A stretch of 63,983 nt of DNA, counting the filler, from Dimargaris cristalligena (Eukaryota): NCBI GenBank assembly GCA_003614675.1. It is 17 parts of 17 records of this genome, joined end to end, with 100 filler letters (N's around TTAATTAATTAA, not from the genome) between each part and the next. Parts side by side here need not be neighbours in the genome. Positions count along the whole stretch, not along the records: positions 1 to 3,787 come from ML003879.1; positions 3,888 to 7,661 come from ML003880.1; positions 7,762 to 11,510 come from ML003881.1; positions 11,611 to 15,355 come from ML003882.1; 13 more parts are not named here. One strand, given 5' to 3'. Below the pieces are notes generated by a model. The model was not told where the DNA came from and made no database searches. It worked only from the letters and a program-made list of their open reading frames with translations. The position numbers and the translations under genes were made by a program. Each line of letters opens with the position of its first letter. The first letter of the stretch is position 1. This document shows, one piece after another, positions 1-13,296 of the stretch.

Positions 1-123
1 CTTGGTTGTATAAGGTTTTAACCGTTATGTGTTTGGGAAAATCGGCGGGATGTTTATTTTCAACCAGTAGTATTTGCCTCATCAAATGGATTTTTCGTTA
101 TATAGCCTTGTTGAACTACTCCC
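1..123 (-). mobile_element. 136-bp MITE family, copy truncated by window start
   Basis: Aligns by eye to 37566-37687. Ends ...TTGAACTACTCCC followed by ATAT. Confidence 0.8.
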
Positions 124-703
124 ATATAATGTATTATCTTATCTGGAAATATGCTGACTTATTTATATCCATTATTTACGAATGGTCAAGTGTGGGATTT
201 GTTCCAGTTGTATAAGCTTTATATTTGAATGGAAATGCAATTGGCGGGAAGTTGGTTGTTATCCCGTAATATAGGAAACCTCACACGTATTTATCATAAT
301 ACTACCGAACCGAACCTCTTCCGTATATAGCAATATTCTTACATGAACATAGTATGTGGTCTGTGGAAAGGCGGCGGGGGATCCATTCCTTGGTACACTG
401 TCATTGACTCCACCTAACATTTAAATTTGGGGGTTCGGATGTATATAAAAACAGGTAGCCTTCACCGTAACTTAATATAATTATTCCCGTACCAGTTCAA
501 GTCATACTGCTGACAACCCAGCTGGTAGTGTCATTTGCTATTTTTCTGACGAGTTTTTCAAGTGGGGTCAGCTTCTCGAAAGTAAGCCTTCCTTTGCACC
601 ACCCGCCTACTGTCCCTTCCGTTTGAATCATCCCATTTATTGGATTCCCCACTTCACGTCCAGCCCGACCCTGTTAGTGAACACCGTATTCACACCTACT
701 ACA

Positions 704-1135
704 ATGACGTGGATCTACCCCCACCTTCCGTTGGACAATGTCACTGAAAACGACACTGTCAACAGCCCCCCCAATCAAGCCTCGACTTCCGCCGACGATA
801 CCGTCTTTATTCCGGAACCTGATGATTCCTTTTACCACAGCTTTAAGAAACAGCCGTTCCCAGATTCTGAGTCGTTTGAGCGCTTTTTTAATCGTATAGG
901 CAAGCCATTCACAAGTGAAACAGTGTGCGCTTTCTTTGACATTGACAAAGTGGCCCTTACTATGCTACTAGATAATACCCCCGAACCCAACTACCCAGTC
1001 CAGTGTCAGCACTGCTTCAAGGACTTCAATTATACCATTACTTTCTTGAAACACGTTCCAAACTGTGGGACACCAAATGTAGCATTCAGATTGAATTGGC
1101 CCCAATTAAAGGAGGACCAGCCCTCCTTTGAGTGA
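704..1135 (+). CDS. Hypothetical 143-aa protein with a C-terminal C2HC/C2H2-like zinc finger
   Basis: ATG at 704 lies within ORF 623-1135. Motif CQHCFKDFNYTITFLKHVPNC (Cx2C..F..L.H.3C). TATATAAAA at about 442. Confidence 0.55.
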   Translation: MTWIYPHLPLDNVTENDTVNSPPNQASTSADDTVFIPEPDDSFYHSFKKQPFPDSESFERFFNRIGKPFTSETVCAFFDIDKVALTMLLDNTPEPNYPVQCQHCFKDFNYTITFLKHVPNCGTPNVAFRLNWPQLKEDQPSFE

Positions 1136-1376
1136 TTACTTTATTTGTACCCGTAATTAGTATAATATCGACCCGATTTTGTTTGCCCATTTCCTCAGGG
1201 TATACCTTTCTCTATCATCAATCTGAAGATTTTGAGTAAGATACCTAAAATATAGAATCATTATACTTAGTGCAGATTTCTCGTATGTCATACCAAATGA
1301 ATGTGGATGGTAAATAATTCTAATATGGTGATTATGGGACAGGTACTGCTATGGGGGTAAGGGTAACAAAGTTAAC

Positions 1377-1954
1377 TGTTGCCTGGGTTAACCACTCTTA
1401 GTCCGTCAAGAGTCCTAAGGATAGGCTTCTAATGGTAGGCTGGGCTTAGACTCAGCCAAGTGGGCTACTAGTGTTAGGATGGGGTATAGTACTAACCAAT
1501 AAAGGATAATGCAGGTAAATGTCAGGGATGTGCAGTAGGCACACTTACTAGTCAGTACCAGGGGGGTGAGTATATATAGAGTTTATTGAGGTAAACTGGG
1601 GGATATGAATAAGCTAAAGAGTTGAGCCAGTCCCAGTGGGGCCTGGTTATATATATGCAGGGACAGCTCCAGGGAGGTCCTAAGGGAATACTACTAAGAC
1701 TAAGGTATGGAAGTAAAGAATCTGACCAGATGACTTCACATTGGGAAGACTCTTATGGGAACTGGAAGAGTCTGGGATTAGCAAGTTGAGTATTTGGGGG
1801 TGCAAAGCATTGGGGCCAAATGGGTGGGGTTATATAATAAAAGGTGACCCCATAGTACCAGGGGTGACTATGGGAGGGTTAATATGGTGCTATAAGGCCA
1901 AAATGGGACAGGCAATCATTAGATCTGGATTAAGTCAGATTAGGAGGACTGATA
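1377..1954 (-). mobile_element. LTR family 1, full-length solo-LTR-like copy
   Basis: Reverse-complement homolog of 44823-45386 over its whole length. Starts TGTTGCCTGGGTTAACC and ends GGAGGACTGATA. No clean TSD. Confidence 0.85.
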
Positions 1955-3152
1955 GCATGTAAATGTAAATGTGTTAATGCAGTAGTAAAGGCAGTTATGG
2001 GAGCATGGAATATACATGGCCGACAGAGTTGAATACTTTGTTAATTGATTAACCCCAACTCATTAGATGTTTTTTTTTGTTATGGGATAGGACTAAGATT
2101 GCCCTAAAGTAATGATTATGCCAATTAAACAAGGGCTTCCTTTGAGGGTCTCTTTGTTAAGTGGGATTCCAATTGTAGCCCCTTTGAGGTGGAAATGTTA
2201 CCATAATATGTCCCCATCAAGGAAGAAATATGCATCCTTTTTTGTGTAACAGTTGTCACCCATCTTATTCCTATCTAGTTGGATTCTGTAAACATCCTTG
2301 ACTGAATTCCCTGATTGGGTGTCTGGGACATTGCCGCTTTTTGTCTGTTTTCACAACATACTACATCCATAAATAAATTGTTTGGGGGGGGATTTCATTG
2401 TCTTAATCCACCCTTTTCTATACAGGAGAGGTCCACCCCAGGCATATAGGCCTTGAGATGAAATAGCTCTGTTAAAACAGGTAGGGCCACTGAAGTTTAG
2501 CTGGGGAAGCTTAGTCCAGAAAACAAGTGGGCCATTCTCTAGCTACATTGAACTTTCATCACATAGTGGCTATGGTGTTGAAGTGAAGCTCCTCCCAATA
2601 AACCCAAGACTCTAACCCGGAAATGACCACATTAACAGTTGAATGTGGTACTGCACTGTGAATTCAGCCATCTGTGGAACGATAACCAACTAAGGCAGTG
2701 TATTGGCAAGTGCCCCTCGATATGTATCCTGCACCAAGGAAGGGCATATGAATTAGCCGAGTGTAGTGTTATTTGGCCAGCATCAGCCCCGAAGTACGAT
2801 TGGGGAGGGAAACTGGGTACACAATGTAGCACTCACCTATTCATTGCCAAACTGATTTTGTTGATAGCCCAGGAGTGGATGTCAATATACTAACTGGCCC
2901 ATCCTATAATGTGCCAATGTTATGCAGTCGGTGGGACTCATCAAATTGGACTTATAAAATGAGATGTCCATGTTCTTGTTTCTTAAATATAGCTTCTTTT
3001 ACTTTTCTGGCTTCATAAACTACTTTATTGTGGCTATATTTCCAATTTCCTTGTAATTTTCTGATTTACACCAATCCGCTTTAACGGCACTGTATTTTCT
3101 AGTGCATAGTATTTTACTTATTTAATATACAATTTTTTGTGTATTACTCTCC

Positions 3153-3467
3153 ATGGTGCGCATTTTCAGCTCAATTATTTTACTTACTCTAGGTGCTCTT
3201 ACTCTCAGCGGTGCCTCTGGACAGGGCAATGGACTCCCCGACTTTAGCAAATTCAATACTATTCAGTTGTCACAAACCATTAAGGAGCTCGAGCATCACG
3301 CGGGCCCAAAGGAAGCTATGATGGCCAATAATTTGGGCCAATCGCACCCTATTGACCTGCTTATACAAAAATACCGGCCAGTCGAGCCTGTTCCTCCAGC
3401 AGTGAATAGAGGTGTAGTAACACGGCCCGGGGATCCGGGAGGGTTCAGCGTGGCCCTATCGGGTTGA
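3153..3467 (+). CDS. Small secreted hypothetical protein (104 aa)
   Basis: ATG in a CCATGG context, hydrophobic N-terminus MVRIFSSIILLTLGALTLSGASG, upstream TATAAAA at about 2954. Confidence 0.6.
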   Translation: MVRIFSSIILLTLGALTLSGASGQGNGLPDFSKFNTIQLSQTIKELEHHAGPKEAMMANNLGQSHPIDLLIQKYRPVEPVPPAVNRGVVTRPGDPGGFSVALSG

Positions 3468-3787
3468 AGGGCACCGGACCGTGAGGAGGAGGCCGGAAAC
3501 AACCGTTCAAGTGGAGAGCGGGGACAGGATGGAGAGGGCGGAGGAGACACCTCTGGGCTCTCAGTGAACTGACGCTTCGAGCGGAACATAGGGTTTACTT
3601 AAATCAAATAACTATTATAAAAATTGGTAATTCGTTTCGTTTTTTAAGAAAGAATGAAATAATATTTATATATATATGTAAATCGAACTTAAGGACCGTG
3701 GCTACTTTTCCTTCGCTCTTCGACGGCCTTGTAAAATTAATTAGTTAATAGATTAGATTTTATAGGAGAAGTTTTTATGTAATAATA

Positions 3788-3887
3788 NNNNNNNNNNNNN
3801 NNNNNNNNNNNNNNNNNNNNNNNNNNNNNNNTTAATTAATTAANNNNNNNNNNNNNNNNNNNNNNNNNNNNNNNNNNNNNNNNNNNN
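3788..3887. other. Artificial contig linker (N44-TTAATTAATTAA-N44), first of 16
   Basis: Identical 100-nt spacers with stops in all six frames start at 3788, 7662, 11511, 15356, 19188, 23018, 26842, 30648, 34447, 38233, 42018, 45803, 49576, 53338, 57098 and 60856. Contig lengths decrease monotonically from 3774 to 3658 bp. Confidence 0.99.
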
Positions 3888-4690
3888 AAATAGATGTAGG
3901 ACTACCAGGATTGTGGTATATGGTAAGGCACTACAGTGAGGTGATGTAGAGTATAGGGTGTGGTAATATAGTGAAAACATTATATTTTTCTGTTAAAAAT
4001 TGAGCCCTATTTTATAACTATATGGAAGACACTTAAAAAATTACAGCACATCCTACAGAGAGCACACCTGTACCATAAGTTGAAATGAAGGATCAGAGGG
4101 GAGTGTACTCCCCGGATCTGTTGCTTATATTAATAATGCAAGACCGCAGCTCTACTTTCAATTTATTCTACATTGGTACGAAATTACTACATTGGAAATG
4201 TTCTGGGATTGCCGTGGGCATCAAGAACACCAGTTGTGTGGAGAGTTGTAGCTCTTTTTATGTTTATAATGGTGAAGCTCCACATGCACCTTAGACCCAG
4301 TATACCAAATAATGGCTTGCACTAATAGGTGTAGTATGGACAAAAGCGGAGGATGCCACCATTTAAGGAGTTAGGGCAGTGGATGGCCTGGATAGCTAGT
4401 TACAAGTGATAGAAAACGGAGACGTCTAACAGGCGCAACAAAATGATGATGGGCGAGGGGGGAATATCGCCAATTGGTCGAGTGGTTATAGAATGCAGGT
4501 GAATAATACACAAATATAGGGTAGGATTGGGAAAGGATGGTGCAATAATTGAAAGTATGGGGGAGAGTGGGGTGGTCGGCAGAGGGGAGAGCCTATATGT
4601 CAGATTTCAGGTAAATAGACAGGCAATTGAACCCACAAGTGGCTAGTCACCAGAGCAGAGGCTTTTGAGGGTAAACTCGTGCCAAATTAC

Positions 4691-4916
4691 TCAATAAGCC
4701 ATTACGGGCCACCAGGTATATTGTCTTTCCGACTTTAATCCTCTGACTATAAAGAAGTAACCCTTGCTTACGAGTCTTTCCACTTCAAATCGGCAATCCA
4801 CGCGGTCAGCGTCGGGTTCACTAGTAGTATCTGGTGAAATGACATAACTTGAAGAGTGATCCGACTCTGCATTTTTATCTTCTTGATTCCGCCATGTCGC
4901 TTACTCTTTGGCGGCG
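4691..4916 (-). pseudogene. Possible degenerate chromodomain-containing exon
   Basis: My translation of the minus strand is ...DADRVDCRFEVERLVSKGYFFIVRGLKSERQYTWWPVMAY*, which resembles the chromodomain pattern (Y/F)EVE.I/L...Y.v...G......TW.P. It is preceded by a CTTTTAG acceptor-like site. Confidence 0.3.
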
Positions 4917-5719
4917 CTAAAAGGTATATGTAAGAAGGGGAAAATAGAGTGGGGAGAACATAACGCCCATTAGTGATTACCTACGGCCCGTTTAGGTTTT
5001 CAATTTAATTGGAGGTTAGTTCACTCGCCTCTTGTAGTCTCGGGATACATTATTTATTTTTACAGAAAAGGCTGTACTAAACCGACACCTTGCTTGCTAT
5101 ACCCCCACAGCTTGCGAAGCCTACACCCATAAACTGACCAATATTCCTGCCCCAAATCGACCACCCAAACGTTTTGGATTTATAAAGTGACAGCGTTTTC
5201 TCCACTAAAGCCATTGAAATAAGGCAGTGTGGACGTCTGGCCTTCCAGTGTTCCGTTTAATTTGGAGCTGCACTTGGTAAAAGAACTGTTAATGGGCTGA
5301 GTCCCAACATATCCTAATTTTAAATTATATTAAGTTTAGGTCGTATACTGCATCTGTCTGTTAAAAAACGATCTAAGGGTGAACACAGGGCATGCTCACA
5401 TAGATTCAATCGCAAAGAAAGTTGCGAGGGTTGTCTGGAATTCACCCTGCTCTATATTTTATAAAGAGTGAATCGACTGTGCTGAGGATTGATAAGTAAA
5501 CACATGTAGGATGGTATAATTTTCGGATAAAACTTAATAGAGGCGGGATCAGTCTAACCATTTCTGATACCATCCAGGACATTGGCCCAGCATACATCAC
5601 TTATAAAGCCAGGTCCACTAATAACCGCGGCCTATGACTAACCGGTTCCTTTCCTACATAATAAATTGAACCACAATACTTCCTGGTTTATTGTACCATA
5701 TTTGTATTCCAATAAATCT

Positions 5720-5917
5720 TGTTAAATTGCTAACAATTAAAGGAAGAAAGCAGCTAGATGACAGTCCGTACCTCTAGATGGTAAGTTCTTAAACATTTAA
5801 ATCGGCAAGGCACATTAAAAGAAATTAAAATAAGTGGACCCAGGTTAACTAAATAATCGAGCACGATTGGTGGAAACATGATAGGATAATATACCCCTAG
5901 GGATATAATTTTCAACA
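5720..5917. mobile_element. Short LTR relative of LTR family 3 (Copia-type)
   Basis: TGTT...CAACA ends. Shares GGAAGAAAGCAGCTAGA-GACAGT..CCTCTAG with 11930-12154 and 58047-58269. Confidence 0.5.
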
Positions 5918-5996
5918 TTTAAAAGTCCCTTCTCTTTTTCCTTGGCCACGGGCGGAACAGGTGTGGACTACGGACATACAGATAATATATGGATAT

Positions 5997-6133
5997 GGGA
6001 GGGGTTCGCCTAGGCTATAAAGTGAAAAATCCGTTAGATGGGGCTAAAGCTTTTGGTTAAAAAGGCAACACCTGCCCACATTTTCCATACACGTATTAAT
6101 CAGATTCTTATAGAGCTGCGCTGAATTTCACCC
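5997..6133 (+). mobile_element. 136-bp MITE family copy
   Basis: GGGAGGGGTTCG...TGAATTTCACCC, flanked by ATAT and ACAT. Confidence 0.75.
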
Positions 6134-7147
6134 ACATAAAAATAGTAAAAAAGCAAAAAAGTAGGGGGAGGTAAAACAGTTAGATATTCAATCCGACCGC
6201 TGGCCTGACGGCGTATTCTATTGGGGAGCCCTTGCCGTTCGGCAAAAAGGGCGTCGGGGAATATACACGGACTTCTCGGGCCCCGATTTCGCCTATTCGA
6301 TCCCCTGTCATCCGCCTAATTGTTTTTGCCGCAGAGGGGGAAAGGAGGGGCCGGATAATGAGTGGGAGGCGGGAAGCGGACGGGTTGGTCAGAGGGCCAA
6401 GGGTTGTGGTAGTCAATGACTAAGTGGGCCCATCCCAAAGCAGCGGCATCGGAATAAAGAGGGGCCGCGTTTAGCAATCCGCCGGTGGATCGGGACGACC
6501 CATAATTCATTGTAAAGGGGAAAAGGAGACGAGAGATCCCTTTAGCTCTCCCCTAACTTGAATATAGGCCGCGTAGGTTGGACGATAGGGGGGCCATGTC
6601 GGTGTGGTTTCGGTGGTTGGACTACTTGGGTCCATGGAACACTCGTAAATTTAGCCGAGATACCCTCAAGTATACATCCCATCCTTCGCAATTGCCATAT
6701 AAATAGTCAACCCTTGTCACCCTTCTAATAAATAATCATCAATTATATCTAGTTTCTCCTTTTTCTACCTAACTCGCCTATCTCTTCCTGTCAAGTGTAC
6801 CTTCATTCGGTATTCCCTCTTTTTCCGCCTTTCTAATCCGATTAATATCTTCTCGCAATTGATAAGTGCTGCGCGTTTATTGATTGTTCGAGTTGATTTA
6901 ATTTCGCCGCCACCCGCCTCCGCTCACCTTTTTCTATCCAGCCATTACTTCGCTGTCTTAAATCTCCGGATTTTAATGCCTTTCTGAATCTACAATATTA
7001 CCACTGACTCTTTCCTTCGCTTCTGGCTTCCATAATTCAACAGTTAAATTATCCCCATCTAACCGCTCCCGCTTCCAATTCCGACTCCTTTAAACGACCA
7101 CCCATCCTTTCTCTATCTCTCTCTCTCTCTCTCTTATAACTACCACC

Positions 7148-7648
7148 ATGAGAATCAACATCGCCCTCTTCTTAGTCGCCGTCATGATTTGCGGCGCCGT
7201 GTCTGCTCCCGTTGACCGAAGCTCTGAGCATCACCTGGTTCGCCGCGGCGGTTCCGACGAAGACACAGATGCCTCGTCGGGTAAGGAGGAGAAGTCGTCC
7301 AAGTCTAACGATGACTCGGAAAATGACGATGACAATACCGAGGATGGGGACGATGAGGGTGAAGAGGACGATGAAGACGATGAAGACGATGAAGACGATG
7401 AAGACGATGAAGACAATGAAGACAATGAAGACGATGAAGGCGATGAAGGCGACGAAGGCGACGAAGACGGTGAGGGCGAAGAGGAAGATGAAAGTGAAGA
7501 AAGCGAGGATAGCGAAGACAGCAAAAGCGCGTCCACGGGTAAGGGTGGTATTTCGGGGTCATTCAAGGGTATGTCGACTTTCTACGACGGCAAAGGAACC
7601 CATGCTTGCGGCAATGAAGGAAAAGATGGCGAACTGACGGTGGCTATT
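7148..7648 (+). CDS. Secreted protein with acidic low-complexity linker and start of an RlpA-like double-psi beta-barrel (expansin/loosenin-like) domain; exon 1, truncated by contig end
   Basis: Signal peptide MRINIALFLVAVMICGAVSA, dibasic LVRR, GAY/GAR-rich Asp/Glu repeat, then FKGMSTFYDGKGTHACGNEGKDGELTVAI, matching the G..TfY...G.gACG.....vAl DPBB signature. GTAAGT donor at 7649. TATAAATAG at about 6698. Confidence 0.75.
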
Positions 7649-9655
7649 GTAAGTACTTAATNNNNNNNNNNNNNNNNNNNNNNNNNNNNNNNNNNNNNNN
7701 NNNNNTTAATTAATTAANNNNNNNNNNNNNNNNNNNNNNNNNNNNNNNNNNNNNNNNNNNNTGTAAAACATGGATAATGTCCCATAAAGGACAGGCCGCA
7801 GTCTCCAAAAGAATTGGACTTACCAGGAATTAGCCTCCTTTTTTGAAACCTTCACAATTTCAATACCAAAAATTAACAAAGGGCATGGTGAAGATACAAG
7901 GCACTTTCGGTCTTATTCATTCTGCCCATTATGAATCCACCTATTGTTCTCCTGCCCTTTTATTGTTTAGCAAAACTTCCCTAACCCACTTGGGCCGTAA
8001 AGTTACCATTTCCAATAAAATACTACTAGTGATTTTTTTATAATAAAAGCATGTATAAAAGGCATTGGTTTTCCTCACATTTATCGATCAGTTTTTTTTA
8101 TACAAGCACATTAATATAATGCCCATGTTAAAAACTATACATTATTTTATTATTCCTTACGGCCCCATAGGTAACCGGGGGCCGCACTCTGCCGTATTGC
8201 GGAAATCCAATAAACATAATCTCTCCCGCCAGAAAAAAGGGCATAAGTCCCCCAAGAGATCTTGGAGGGATTTCCCTGACTTCTCGCGGTCAGCCCCTCG
8301 TCTCCCTCAAGAGGGTGGCACCCCCCCTCCCCCATCCGACCCAGAGTAAAATACCAGGGGTCACCTGTGATGGTGGAGGGTTTCTATTCTTCGGGATATA
8401 TGTAGTGTGTTATTAGTATTACATGTATTTTGATTAATAGCTTTTGCTGATGAGGAACTTCCACCTTTTATACTAATTTGGTATTATTTAGTGGAATGTT
8501 CCTTATTTTTCCGGTTTATACCAATTAATTTTATGTGGTATTAGAAACCGAAGACCAATTGGCAATTTTACACCAGTCATCCAAGCAATGGACAAAGGCT
8601 TGGTGGCTGAGTTTGTTAATTGATTAATGGTGGCGGAAATGGGCTTGGTTATATTCATAAGTATTTTGACTTTTGAATAGATGGTATTGCCAGGCCCTGA
8701 CCAAATTTATATTGGATTCGGAACCACCGTTGGACCTATTTGTCCTCATCTGCTTCAATCATCTCTCTACGCCCCAGTTTTAATCAAAAAATAAAATCCA
8801 TGAGTGATTGTTAATAATTCAAACTCTTTTCAACTAACCCATAACAAAGTATATATTTCTCTTTTAGTAATAAAAACTATTTCATTATTTCTATATTCAC
8901 AATTTAATGTCGACTAGGTATCAAGCAACTGCCCAATTAACTGGAAAACAGTATACCTAATCGCTTTTTCTTTTGATAGAGCGAAGCGTAAATGTCATTT
9001 TTTGAAATCGAATATGGCAACACGGAATAGGGCCTGTTGTCATTAATGCAATTGGGGGCTGTTATAAGGAATTCAAATCAGTTCGAGTGGGTAGGTCGCG
9101 GAGATTATGGTGCTACTATCGATATCTTCAGACTAGATACAAGTGGTCCAAATAGTAAATTTATTTCACGCTCTTATGCACCAACGTCCCAGGATATGTG
9201 TTATACCAGCCGTATCCATGATATGGGCGCGAAAATTGATCATGTTCCACTTAAACCCATTGAATAGCTACTCCCAGGCAGGAAACTTCCACCACTGGGA
9301 TCGTTTAGTACAACATAATCACCACGAAATACTTCAATATCAATCGATCAATCATTTAGTCCAGTAGCATAGCACCAGAATTACTATTACTCTTGGCAAT
9401 GACCCACTTGTCTCGGTCGAATTAAGGCCCGGGTATATTAGTAGGACTACTAATTGGAATGGTCAGTTGTTTAGTGACAACTACCAAGGTACTGCACAGC
9501 TGGGAGTGGTAGAAAGGCTCTTACTTCTGGTTATCCCGTTGGATATTCAATATCCCTCATCAAGTACCTATCTTGGACCACCCATTAGGTCTCTCGAAAC
9601 TTAGATTACTACCCTGCCTGGACATTATTTTCGTTACGCGGTGCCATATAAAAAT

Positions 9656-9792
9656 GAGAGAGATCCAGCCGGACTATATAACGAAAAGCACATTGGATAA
9701 GGCAAAAACTACTGGTTAAAAATGAATCTCCCGCCTATTTTCTCGCATGCATGTCAATTGAAATCTTATACAGATGGGCCGCATTTAACATA
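9656..9792 (+). mobile_element. 136-bp MITE family, diverged copy
   Basis: Internal ACGAAAAGCACATTGGATAAGGCAAAAACTACTGGTTAAAAATGAA matches the other copies. Ends are degenerate. Confidence 0.6.
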
Positions 9793-11287
9793 TATACCAA
9801 TTTTCTGTTTTTATTAGTAATAGCGTCGAGAAATGCCAAACGGCCTAGGAAAGTAGATCGCCGAAACGAACCACCCAAGGAAATATGCTCTATACGCTGG
9901 CAGTAGCAGGCATTCTGAGGTCGATCCAAAATGGTCATCAGTGCTAGGAACTATCTCGGCGGTTCAGCTTAAACAAGGTGGGGTATATACCCTTTAGGAG
10001 GGAAGGGTAATAATAATTGATTGACCAGGGCCCAGTCGTAGATCTAGAATCCCCCTATGTGACAGGCTTATGGCCGGGTACCTTACTCTCGAAAACCTTG
10101 ACCCTGGCCCAATGGCCCATAGTGGAGACCGACTTGGCGATACCAGCGACTGTGTTTTTAATTCAACCCAATAATGAGGAAGACGTGTCGGCTGGGTAAG
10201 CCATCACCGTGGATGCCTGGCTGATAAAAAGGAGACAGCTCACGAGGAGTAGGGGGAGTCAGGGCAAGTACCTGGTGGAAGGGGGTTACTATAAACTTAA
10301 CGAGGAAGGGTAAGTAGCAAAAGATGGGTGGAATGGAGGGGGGGAGGGCAAGCAAGCAGTCAATCAAGGGGCAATAATGGTAATCAAGCAATAGCAGGAA
10401 CATGTATACCGGGAGAAGCAGTGTGGTGAGGAATATAGAGTGGATGCGGATGAAATGGCAGTGGATAAGTGTAAGCTAAAAGTAGAGCAACCCTGACCCC
10501 TTTTATATGGCTGAAGAGATGTGGGCTGACGGGGTCTAAACTCAACCAGTGCAATTGTTCACTCCTATATGGGCGGGGGGGGTGGAAGGCAATCTATCAA
10601 TTCAAATCAGTATATTATTCTCTTGAACATCCCATCCATCTTGTTTTTGTGCTCCACTCGATGGGAAGGGAAGGGAAAAGATTGGCCTCAATTCTTTATA
10701 TTTCTGGGGGGATGCTAATTCAAGTCAAGGGAGGGTATTGTTCAATTATTGCCAATAGTCAGATTATTTCATTAACGGAGCTGGACCATCAGATGTTGCA
10801 AGAAAAGGACTGTGCAACAATGCCTTTGCAATAACCACAACACCTTTTGCTCTGGCTGGGTAAAAAGCCCTTGCCAAGCTAAAAAGGCATGTAAATCTAG
10901 TGCAAATTTTAATGTAGGGAGCATCACTAAAACCATGCCCACATGCTGTTAGTTCAATAGTCTGCCACCCCCATTTCAAATATTTGATGTACTCTACAGT
11001 TTGGCCTTAATAGCCAACTCACCTTGAGTTAACAGACTGAGAGGTTCATAGCTGACTACCTCTCCCTCCTTGTTGTTGTCTGTGTGACACTCCCAAGATG
11101 AATGCTTCACTACAACTACTGGCTTAAACAACCATCCCAGTAATCCCGGGAAGGAGAAGGAGAGTCCGCTGGCAATCACTTGGGCTAAACAGCTTAGTTC
11201 TTTGGGACATTTGCTACTCAGTGTGGCCCAAAATAATCACCTTAATTAGTACTATAATAGATTACTTATATGTCATTCTATGCCCCC

Positions 11288-11510
11288 TGTTGGCCCTCCT
11301 AATTTAACTTAATCCAGACCTAATGATCACCCATCCTATTTCAGCCTTATAGTGCCATATTAACCCTCCCATAGTCACCCCTGGTACTATGGGGTTATCT
11401 TTTATTATGTAACCCCACTTATTTGACCCCAACGCTTTGCACTCCAAACACTCAGCTTGCTGATCCAAGACTCTTCCAGTTCCCATGAGAGTCTTCCCAA
11501 TGTGAAGCTA
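11288..11510 (+). mobile_element. LTR family 1, partial (runs into gap)
   Basis: TGTTGGCCCTCCTAAT...CCCATAGTCACCCCTGGTACTATGGGG is homologous to 39576-40159. Confidence 0.85.
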
Positions 11511-11610
11511 NNNNNNNNNNNNNNNNNNNNNNNNNNNNNNNNNNNNNNNNNNNNTTAATTAATTAANNNNNNNNNNNNNNNNNNNNNNNNNNNNNNNNNN
11601 NNNNNNNNNN

Positions 11611-11662
11611 TATCTTTTCAAATAAAGTTCAGTTTTCAAGGATTTGATTTCAGTTCTTTACA
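11611..11662 (+). mobile_element. LTR family 2, 3' end
   Basis: AATAAAGTTCAGTTTTCAAGGATTTGATTTCAGTTCTTTACA is identical to the end at 57389. Confidence 0.75.
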
Positions 11663-11929
11663 ATATTCATATAGATCTGATGTTTCTGGTAATCTGTAGT
11701 ATAAGAATTCCAAACCCTGAGTGACCCACTTGGTACAAAATGTATATAGCCTTACCCACTCCAAAACATATAAAAGGGTTGGCCTGGTGTAAATATCATT
11801 ACAACAGGCTATTAAACTACGACCAATTTACTTTCTAATTATAATATTTGTAGTACTGTAGTACACAGGTTTATATTTAAATATAGTACCTTTGAAAATG
11901 GGGGTTTTATTATCAGGATACCAAGGGAA

Positions 11930-12154
11930 TGTTGGAATACTAAGGACTTAAAGGAAAATAAAACTGGAAGAAAGGGAAGAAAGCAGCTAGAGGACAGTAG
12001 GTGCCTCTAGGTGGTTAGTTTTATTGAACTGTAATTTTCTGTGGGGTAAAATGTAAGTAGCTAATATGAATGATCTCATGATAGCAGAATAAACTAATAT
12101 AATTGGATGAAAATAGGATAGGATAAAGAACACATAGGAACATATTCTTTAACA
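11930..12154 (-). mobile_element. LTR family 3 (Copia-type) solo LTR, about 225 bp
   Basis: TGTTGGAATAC...ATTCTTTAACA. Near-identical to the LTR adjoining the Copia PBS and gag at 58047-58269. Confidence 0.8.
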
Positions 12155-13160
12155 ATGAAAGCCATAGTGAGGTAGATAGGATGGAATGAAAGATTAGAGT
12201 ATGTTAATAGCCTGGCTATCTAGTAGGGACACTAATATGCATATGAGTTGAAAGTGGGAAATGAGGAATGTAATGGTAATGTTGATAATGTTTTTAGCAA
12301 GGACAGCTCTTGCTCTTCTTATACCTGAATTGGCCAACCCCCCAACATGGCTCTATGTTAATGCTGGGCTATGGCTTTAAACTGCCTGGGGCATTATTTT
12401 GGCTATGTCTAATTAATTAATATATCCCCAAGGGAAGGTCTGTGTCCCTATATCCATATAACTGGCTGATCTTAATAGTCTGATCTCGGACAGGTTCACT
12501 CTCATAACCTAAGCCCTCCACCTTTTATATCCCCCTTGACCAACTTTACACCTGGCATTTTAAATTTCTATAAATAAGTAATACCATCAGTGATATACCT
12601 GCTGTTGGAAATATATGGCTAGAAAATGGACAGGGGTTATTCTTACCCAAACTACCATCATCTCTAATCTACTTATTTTTAATATCTACAGGTAGGATAT
12701 TGGGCCACATAATCCCTTTGATGCTATTTATATTACTGCAACTCAGTGCCTAAGCCTAGCACAGATTGCTCCAAGTATAAAGAGTATATACTAGATGGCA
12801 AATCGGCTGTATCGCGGTATTGGTGGTGGATAATGCCTTGGGGAAATCACATAGTGATTTACTACCTATATCCACATGTGGGCCATTGGGCGGACTAATG
12901 GAAGGGGCTCTGTGTGAGGGGATGCTTGCCTTGTTATGGTAAAATTTGGCCATTTTAAAAATTTTGACCATCCACTAGTGACTTATGGTCTACCACAGGT
13001 ATTGCCTACCCACCCCTTAACCAGTTCGTGTCTAATAAGAGGCCCATTTGGATTGTCATTCACTGGCCAGTTGAAGAAAATGGGAGTCGAACATCTGGAG
13101 TAGGTTCAGCCCAACCATTTAGGGCTTTAAATTCTGTTTATAGGCAAATAAAAGGCATAT

Positions 13161-13296
13161 GGGAGAGGTTTAACCAGGCTGTAAAACGAAAAATCCATTA
13201 GATAAGGAAACTACTCCTGACTGAAAATGAATCACCTAATCATTTTATTGTACACTAACCATTTAAACCCCAATACAGCAGGGCTGAATATCACTC
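13161..13296 (+). mobile_element. 136-bp MITE family copy
   Basis: GGGAGAGGTTTAA...TGAATATCACTC, flanked by ATAT and ATAA. Confidence 0.75.

Noticed and set aside
1741-1962. Recurrent small ORF GYIIK.PIVPGVTMGGLIW (also 11304-11486)
   Set aside because: It is a translation of non-coding LTR1 copies.
9037-9267. Kinase-like GRGDYG motif
   Set aside because: No other kinase motifs are recoverable, the frames are broken and a MITE lies downstream.
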